Shown piece by piece: positions 59,608-64,000 of a DNA stretch of 64,000 bases (positions within the stretch are counted from its first letter, which is position 1; each line of letters begins with the position of its first letter). Under the pieces are notes generated by a model. That model saw only the letters and a program-made list of their open reading frames with translations. It was not told the origin of the DNA and did not search any database. This stretch comes from an uncultured Eubacteriales bacterium (GTDB lineage: Bacteria; Bacillota; Sulfobacillia; DYIH01; JBBIPI01). The DNA lies in contig CAYXQP010000002.1 in the NCBI GenBank assembly GCA_964467515.1, forward strand, positions 1,275 through 65,274, read 5' to 3'. A program made the translations under genes and the position numbers.

Positions 59608-59621
59608 GGCCGCCGACCCGG

Positions 59622-60077
59622 TCAGGTGGAACGACCCGCCCGGACCCGGTTCTCCGCGCAGGAACGGCAGTAGCCGTAAAACTTGAGCTGGTGGTCGGTG
59701 ACGCGGAAACCGGTACGGCGTTCCACCTCGTCCTCCAGGGAGTCCAGCAGGTCCTCCCCGAATTCCGCCACGGCCCCACAGGAGACGCAGATGAGGTGGT
59801 GGTGATGATGGGCCTCGTCGGCGAACTCGAAACGCGCCCGGCCGTCACCGAAGTCCATCTTGTGCAGTATGCCCAGCTCGGAGAGGAGGTCCAGGGTCCG
59901 GTACACGGTGGCCAGGCCGATGTCGGGACTCTCCCGCTTGACCATGTTGTAGACTTCCTCGGCGCTCAGGTGCTCGCCGCTGCTCTTGAGCAGCGCCTGC
60001 ACCACCAGCTGGCGCTGGGGTGTGAGCTTGTAATCGTGCTCCTGCAGGCGCGCCATGATCTCTTCCAACCGGCTCAT
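59622..60077 (-). CDS. fur: Fur-family metalloregulator (Fur/Zur/Mur-like)
   Basis: HLSAEEVY...GLATVYRTLDLL..., an HHHHH run, CxxC...CxxC. ATG with a GGAAGGAG Shine-Dalgarno. The longer upstream ORF would overlap tRNA-Ser and is rejected. Confidence 0.85.
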   Translation of the reverse strand: MSRLEEIMARLQEHDYKLTPQRQLVVQALLKSSGEHLSAEEVYNMVKRESPDIGLATVYRTLDLLSELGILHKMDFGDGRARFEFADEAHHHHHLICVSCGAVAEFGEDLLDSLEDEVERRTGFRVTDHQLKFYGYCRSCAENRVRAGRST

Positions 60078-60111
60078 GGCCATCGCTCCTTCCCGCGGCG
60101 GGGGAACCCTC

Positions 60112-60203
60112 TGGCGGAGGAGGTGGGATTCGAACCCACGCACGGCCCGCGGCCGCCTTCCGGTTTTCAAGACCGGCCCCTTCAACCGCTTGGGTACTCC
60201 TCC
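60112..60203 (-). tRNA. tRNA-Ser (anticodon TGA), type II
   Basis: Acceptor GGAGGAG/CTCCTCC, anticodon loop CTTGAAA, 20-nt variable arm, T-loop TTCGAAT, CCA encoded. Confidence 0.85.
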
Positions 60204-60325
60204 GCATCGTCCGGCCACCGGCGCGGCAGCACTTTTCCGCCCCGCGCTGGGTTTTCCAGGTCGATTTCCGGCAAGGCAAGGATAGCACTTCGTCCATGCC
60301 AGGGCAAAAGCGCGGGCTCACCCCG

Positions 60326-60595
60326 TCACCGCGACCGCGTGGCGAAGGCCACCATGGCCACGCCCAGGAGCACGAGGACCAGTCGGGGAAGGGGCAGGCG
60401 GTCCGCCAGCCCCGCCACACCGATGGCCGTCGCCAGCACCAGCACCGCCGGTCCGACCATGCCCAGGAAGGCGTTTATCCGGACGGCGTCCTCGAGGCGC
60501 CCGAGGCGGTACATGAGATAGGCACCGGTCAGCTCGGCCGTCGCCGACAGCAGCCGCACGGCGATCATCCCCTGGAGGAACGGGTCGCCCGCCAT
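60326..60595 (-). CDS. Small hydrophobic membrane protein (about 89 aa; possibly YqhV/DUF2619-like)
   Basis: Three predicted TM segments. ATG with a GAGG Shine-Dalgarno. The GTG at 60646 is an alternative. Confidence 0.5.
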   Translation of the reverse strand: MAGDPFLQGMIAVRLLSATAELTGAYLMYRLGRLEDAVRINAFLGMVGPAVLVLATAIGVAGLADRLPLPRLVLVLLGVAMVAFATRSR

Positions 60596-60753
60596 GATCA
60601 TCCTCAGCCTATGCTGGCGGCGGATCGCCCATCCTGGGGAGAACACACTAAGCCGGAACCGGGACGCGTCCGATCTTTCACCGGCCTTTCATCGGGCCTT
60701 AACGACCCTTTAACAGCGGTCGCCTTGAATGGAGAGGGACGTCCCCAACCAGC

Positions 60754-61704
60754 GTGCGAAGGAGGCGGCGGAGGGTGAGTGCCCTCGGCAGAGTCTGGCT
60801 CTTGGCGGTGGCGGTTTCGCTGGCGGCGGCCGGCTGTGCCCGCGGCGGCCAGCCGGGCAAGGCGAGCCTCGCAGGGACCATCCGCGTGGACGGTTCCAGC
60901 ACCGTCTTTCCCATCACCGAGGCGGTGGCGGAGGAGTTCGGCAAGCTCCATCCCCGCGTGCGGGTCACGGTGGGGATCTCGGGCACGGGCGGGGGCTTCA
61001 AAAAGTTCGTGGAAGGGGTGACCGACCTCCAGGACGCATCCCGGCCCATCACGGCTTCCGAGAGGGAGAGGGCCCGGAGGGCGGGCATAGAGTACGCCGA
61101 GGTGCCCGTGGGATACGACGGCCTGGCCGTGGTGGTCAACCCGGCCAACGGCTGGGCAGACTGCCTCTCCGTGACCGAGCTCCGCCGCATATGGGAACCC
61201 GGCAGCAAGGTGGCGCTGTGGCGCGACGTGCGCCCCGGCTGGCCCGACACCCCCCTGCGCCTCTTCGGGCCCGGAACCGACTCGGGCACCTTCGACTACT
61301 TCACCGAGGCGGTGGTGGGCGAGGCCCGCAAGAGCAGGCCCGACTACACGGCCAGCGAGGACGACAACGTCCTGGTGGCGGGCGTGGCGGGTGAGCGGGG
61401 TGCCCTGGGCTACTTTGGCTTCGCCTATTACGAGGAGAACAGGGACCGGCTCAAGATCCTGGGCGTGGACGGCGGCAAGGGCTGCGTGGTCCCCGATGCC
61501 GACAAGGTGCGGTCGGGAGAGTACCCCCTGGCCCGTCCCCTTTTCCTGTACGTGAACCGCGCCTCCCTCTCCCGCCCGGAGGTCAGGGAGTTCCTGAGGT
61601 TCTATCTCCGGGAGGGGCCGGAGCTCGTGCGGCAGGTGGGGTATGTGCCGCTGCCGAAGGAAAGATACGCTGCCTCTCTTAGGGAGCTGGGCCTGGGGCA
61701 GTAG
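60754..61704 (+). CDS. pstS: Phosphate ABC transporter substrate-binding lipoprotein PstS
   Basis: Lipobox [18 protein letters not shown]...[10 protein letters not shown] motifs. Confidence 0.9.
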   Translation: MRRRRRRVSALGRVWLLAVAVSLAAAGCARGGQPGKASLAGTIRVDGSSTVFPITEAVAEEFGKLHPRVRVTVGISGTGGGFKKFVEGVTDLQDASRPITASERERARRAGIEYAEVPVGYDGLAVVVNPANGWADCLSVTELRRIWEPGSKVALWRDVRPGWPDTPLRLFGPGTDSGTFDYFTEAVVGEARKSRPDYTASEDDNVLVAGVAGERGALGYFGFAYYEENRDRLKILGVDGGKGCVVPDADKVRSGEYPLARPLFLYVNRASLSRPEVREFLRFYLREGPELVRQVGYVPLPKERYAASLRELGLGQ

Positions 61705-61723
61705 CGGCGGGGGAGGTCCCGGC

Positions 61724-62671
61724 TTGGGCGGCGGGGGGACGGAGAAGCTGACGGAGAGGGCTGAGGCCGGATCCGGCGAGAGGCGCGGGGGCTCCGCCCG
61801 CCGGCGCGGCGGGGGAGGGGAGAGGGTCATAACCCTGCTCCTGGGCGCCTCCGCCCTCCTGTCGCTCCTCACCACGGCTGGCATCGTGGCGTCGCTGGCG
61901 GTGGAGGCGGCGGGGTTCTTCGCGGCCGTACCCCTCCGGGACTTCCTCACGGACACCGCCTGGACCCCCCTCTTCGCCGAGAAGCACTTCGGCATCCTGC
62001 CCCTCCTCGGCGGCACCCTGCTGGTGGTCCTGGGCGCGAGCCTGGTGGCCCTGCCCCTCGGGCTCGGCAGCGCCGTCTACCTGGCCGAGGTGGCCTCTCC
62101 CTCCCTCCGGAAGCTCCTCAAACCGGTCCTGGAGGTCCTGGCGGGCATACCTTCCGTCGTCTATGGCTACCTGGCCCTCACCGGCATCACGCCCGTCCTG
62201 CGCGCCCTCTGGCCGGAAACCGAGGTCTTCAACGCCGCCAGCGCCAGCCTGGCCATGGGGATCATGATCCTGCCCATGGTCGCCTCCCTGAGCGAGGACG
62301 CCCTCGCCGCCCTGCCGCGTTCCCTCCGTGAGGGGGCCTATGCCGTGGGGGCCACCCGGTACGAGGCGGTGAGCCGGGTCCTCGTCCCCGCCGCCGCGTC
62401 CGGGATCGTGGCGTCCTTCATCCTGGCCGTGTCGCGCGCCGTCGGGGAGACCATGATCGTGGCCATAGCCGCGGGTTCCACACCCCGCCTAACCCTCAAC
62501 CCGCTGGAGGGTGTCCAGACCATGACGGGCTACATCGTGCAGGTGACCATGGGCGACGTGCCGGCGGGCTCCCTGGAATACCGAACCGTCTTCGCCGTCG
62601 GGCTGAGCCTCTTCCTCATCACCTTCGTCACGAACCTGATCGGCTACCGGGTCGCGGGGAGGCGGGGCTGA
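61724..62671 (+). CDS. pstC: Phosphate ABC transporter permease PstC
   Basis: TTG start after a GGGGGAGG Shine-Dalgarno. Permease signature EAA-like region. 315 aa. Confidence 0.85.
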   Translation: MGGGGTEKLTERAEAGSGERRGGSARRRGGGGERVITLLLGASALLSLLTTAGIVASLAVEAAGFFAAVPLRDFLTDTAWTPLFAEKHFGILPLLGGTLLVVLGASLVALPLGLGSAVYLAEVASPSLRKLLKPVLEVLAGIPSVVYGYLALTGITPVLRALWPETEVFNAASASLAMGIMILPMVASLSEDALAALPRSLREGAYAVGATRYEAVSRVLVPAAASGIVASFILAVSRAVGETMIVAIAAGSTPRLTLNPLEGVQTMTGYIVQVTMGDVPAGSLEYRTVFAVGLSLFLITFVTNLIGYRVAGRRG

Positions 62672-62721
62672 TGGGGCGGCGGCGCTGGAATGGGGCAGCG
62701 GGGCTGATGGGGCGGCGGCGC
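62663..62721. repeat. Perfect 23-bp direct repeat (GGGGCTGATGGGGCGGCGGCGCT) spanning the pstC stop codon, with copies at 62663-62685 and 62699-62721
   Basis: Seen directly. The second copy duplicates the last pstC codons and the TGA in the pstC-pstA spacer. Confidence 0.8.
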
Positions 62722-62738
62722 TTTTCCGGGGAGAGGGC

Positions 62739-63605
62739 GTGATGCGGAGAGGGCTTTCGTGGCGGCGCCGGGCGGCCGACTGGGCCCTCCACCTCTTGGC
62801 CCTTCTGTCGGCGTGGGCGGGGGTGGCCGCCCTGGCACTGCTGCTGGCCAGGATCGTCAGGGCGGCCTGGGGGTGGGTGGACTGGGACTTCCTCACCAGC
62901 TTCCCCTCGCGTTTCCCGGCGGAGGCCGGGGTGCTCTCGGCCCTCGCGGGCAGCCTCTGGCTGCTGGCCCTCCTGGTGCCGCTGGCGCTCCCCGTGGGAG
63001 TGGGCGCCGCCATCTACCTGGAGGAGTACGCGGCGCGCGGTTTCCTCAGTCGGCTCATCGAGGTCAACATCGCCAACCTGGCGGGGGTGCCCTCCATCAT
63101 CTACGGGCTCCTGGGGCTGGCCGTCTTCGTCCGCGGCCTCGGCCTCGGCAGGAGCGTGCTGGCGGGCGCCCTCACCATGGCGCTCCTGGTCCTGCCCGTC
63201 ATCATCGTCTCGGCCCGGGAGGCCGTGCGCAGCGTGCCCGCCTCTCTCCGGGAAGCCTCCTTCGCCCTCGGCGCGACGCGCTGGCATACGGTTCGCCACG
63301 TGGTGCTGCCGGCCGCCCTCCCCGGCATCCTGACGGGGGCCATCCTGGCCGTCTCCAGGGCCCTGGGCGAGGCCGCGCCCCTCATCACCATCGGGGCCCT
63401 GACCTTCGTGGCCTTCGTGCCGGCCGGTCCCCTGGACCCTTTCACCGTCCTGCCCATCCAGATCTTCAACTGGACCTCCCGCCCCCAGTCCGACTTTCAG
63501 CACGTGGCGGCGGCGGGGATCGTGGTGCTGCTGGCCGTGCTGCTGGCGGCCAACGCGGGGGCCATCTGGCTCCGCAACCGTTACCAAGGGCGCGGCGGAT
63601 GGTAG
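62739..63605 (+). CDS. pstA: Phosphate ABC transporter permease PstA
   Basis: 6 TM helices and the permease EAA motif region. 288 aa. Confidence 0.9.
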   Translation: MMRRGLSWRRRAADWALHLLALLSAWAGVAALALLLARIVRAAWGWVDWDFLTSFPSRFPAEAGVLSALAGSLWLLALLVPLALPVGVGAAIYLEEYAARGFLSRLIEVNIANLAGVPSIIYGLLGLAVFVRGLGLGRSVLAGALTMALLVLPVIIVSAREAVRSVPASLREASFALGATRWHTVRHVVLPAALPGILTGAILAVSRALGEAAPLITIGALTFVAFVPAGPLDPFTVLPIQIFNWTSRPQSDFQHVAAAGIVVLLAVLLAANAGAIWLRNRYQGRGGW

Positions 63606-63628
63606 ACTCTTAGACTTGGGTGACCCAC

Positions 63629-64000
63629 GTGGACGAGGCCCCCATCCTGGAGACGCGCAGGCTCTACCTTTACTACGGTTCCAGCCCTGCCCTCAAGGGG
63701 ATAGACCTCCACATCCGGCCGCGCCAGGTGACGGCCGTCATCGGCCCCTCCGGCTGCGGGAAGAGCAGCCTCCTCCGCTGCTTCAACCGGATGAACGACC
63801 TGATCCCGGGGGTCCGCCTGGAGGGGGACGTGCTCTTCCAGGGCCAAAGCATCTACGGCAACGGGGTGGACCCCACCGACATCCGCTACCGCATCGGCAT
63901 GGTGTTCCAAAAGCCCAATCCTTTCCCCAAGACGATCTATGACAACGTGGCCTTCGGGCCGCGCATCCACGGCTGGCGGCGGCGGCAGCTGGACGAGGTG
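63629..64000 (+). CDS. pstB: Phosphate import ATP-binding protein PstB, 3' truncated by the window end
   Basis: GPSGCGKSS Walker A, ...RIGMVFQKPNPFP. The frame stays open to base 64000. Confidence 0.75.
   Translation, partial: MDEAPILETRRLYLYYGSSPALKGIDLHIRPRQVTAVIGPSGCGKSSLLRCFNRMNDLIPGVRLEGDVLFQGQSIYGNGVDPTDIRYRIGMVFQKPNPFPKTIYDNVAFGPRIHGWRRRQLDEV

Noticed and set aside
59622-60218. Long form of the fur ORF (198 aa)
   Set aside because: It would run through tRNA-Ser (60112-60203). The internal ATG at 60077 has a GGAAGGAG Shine-Dalgarno and gives a normal-length Fur.
60296-60778. 160-aa plus-strand His/Gly/Arg-rich ORF
   Set aside because: It overlaps the minus-strand membrane protein and the pstS start. 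The composition is low-complexity, and it sits in a divergent promoter region.

Overview
This is a high-GC (about 70%) core-chromosome segment with a Firmicutes/Clostridia-type gene order. From composition and synteny it looks like a Thermaerobacter- or Symbiobacterium-like thermophile; that is an inference, not a database hit. The coding is dense, and most long minus-strand ORFs in the track are GC-rich antisense artefacts of very conserved plus-strand genes.

Gene content in order:
- a 5'-truncated repeat-domain protein and a CtpA-like S41 peptidase
- cdd-pdp pyrimidine salvage and an Lrp/AsnC regulator
- a complete ctsR-mcsA-mcsB-clpC operon behind a textbook CtsR heptad-repeat operator
- radA
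- a small antisense Cys-rich gene sitting where disA normally is
- a PIN/TRAM (yacL-like) gene, a fused ispDF, cysS, thyX, rlmB, sigH and a CPA2 antiporter
- a tRNA cluster (Thr-Tyr-fMet-Thr, then rpmG, then Trp)
- secE-nusG-rplK-rplA-rplJ-rplL-rpoB-rpoC
- the str operon (L7Ae, rpsL, rpsG, fusA, tuf)
- the S10, spc and alpha ribosomal operons through rplQ and truA, with L30 absent
- a roughly 8.7 kb strand-switched block (about 51.9-60.6 kb) carrying a GH130-like gene, tRNA-Arg, argF, an AmmeMemoRadiSam radical SAM gene, a LigB/Memo-like-AMMECR1 fusion, a lone accC on the opposite strand, inverted rpsI-rplM, a UPF0016 half transporter, fur, tRNA-Ser and a small membrane protein
- pstS-pstC-pstA and a 5' partial pstB

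No rRNA genes, CRISPR arrays or obvious IS/transposase genes were seen.

Start codons were refined by hand from Shine-Dalgarno spacing and protein N-terminal conservation. All family assignments come from motif recognition, not from database searches.
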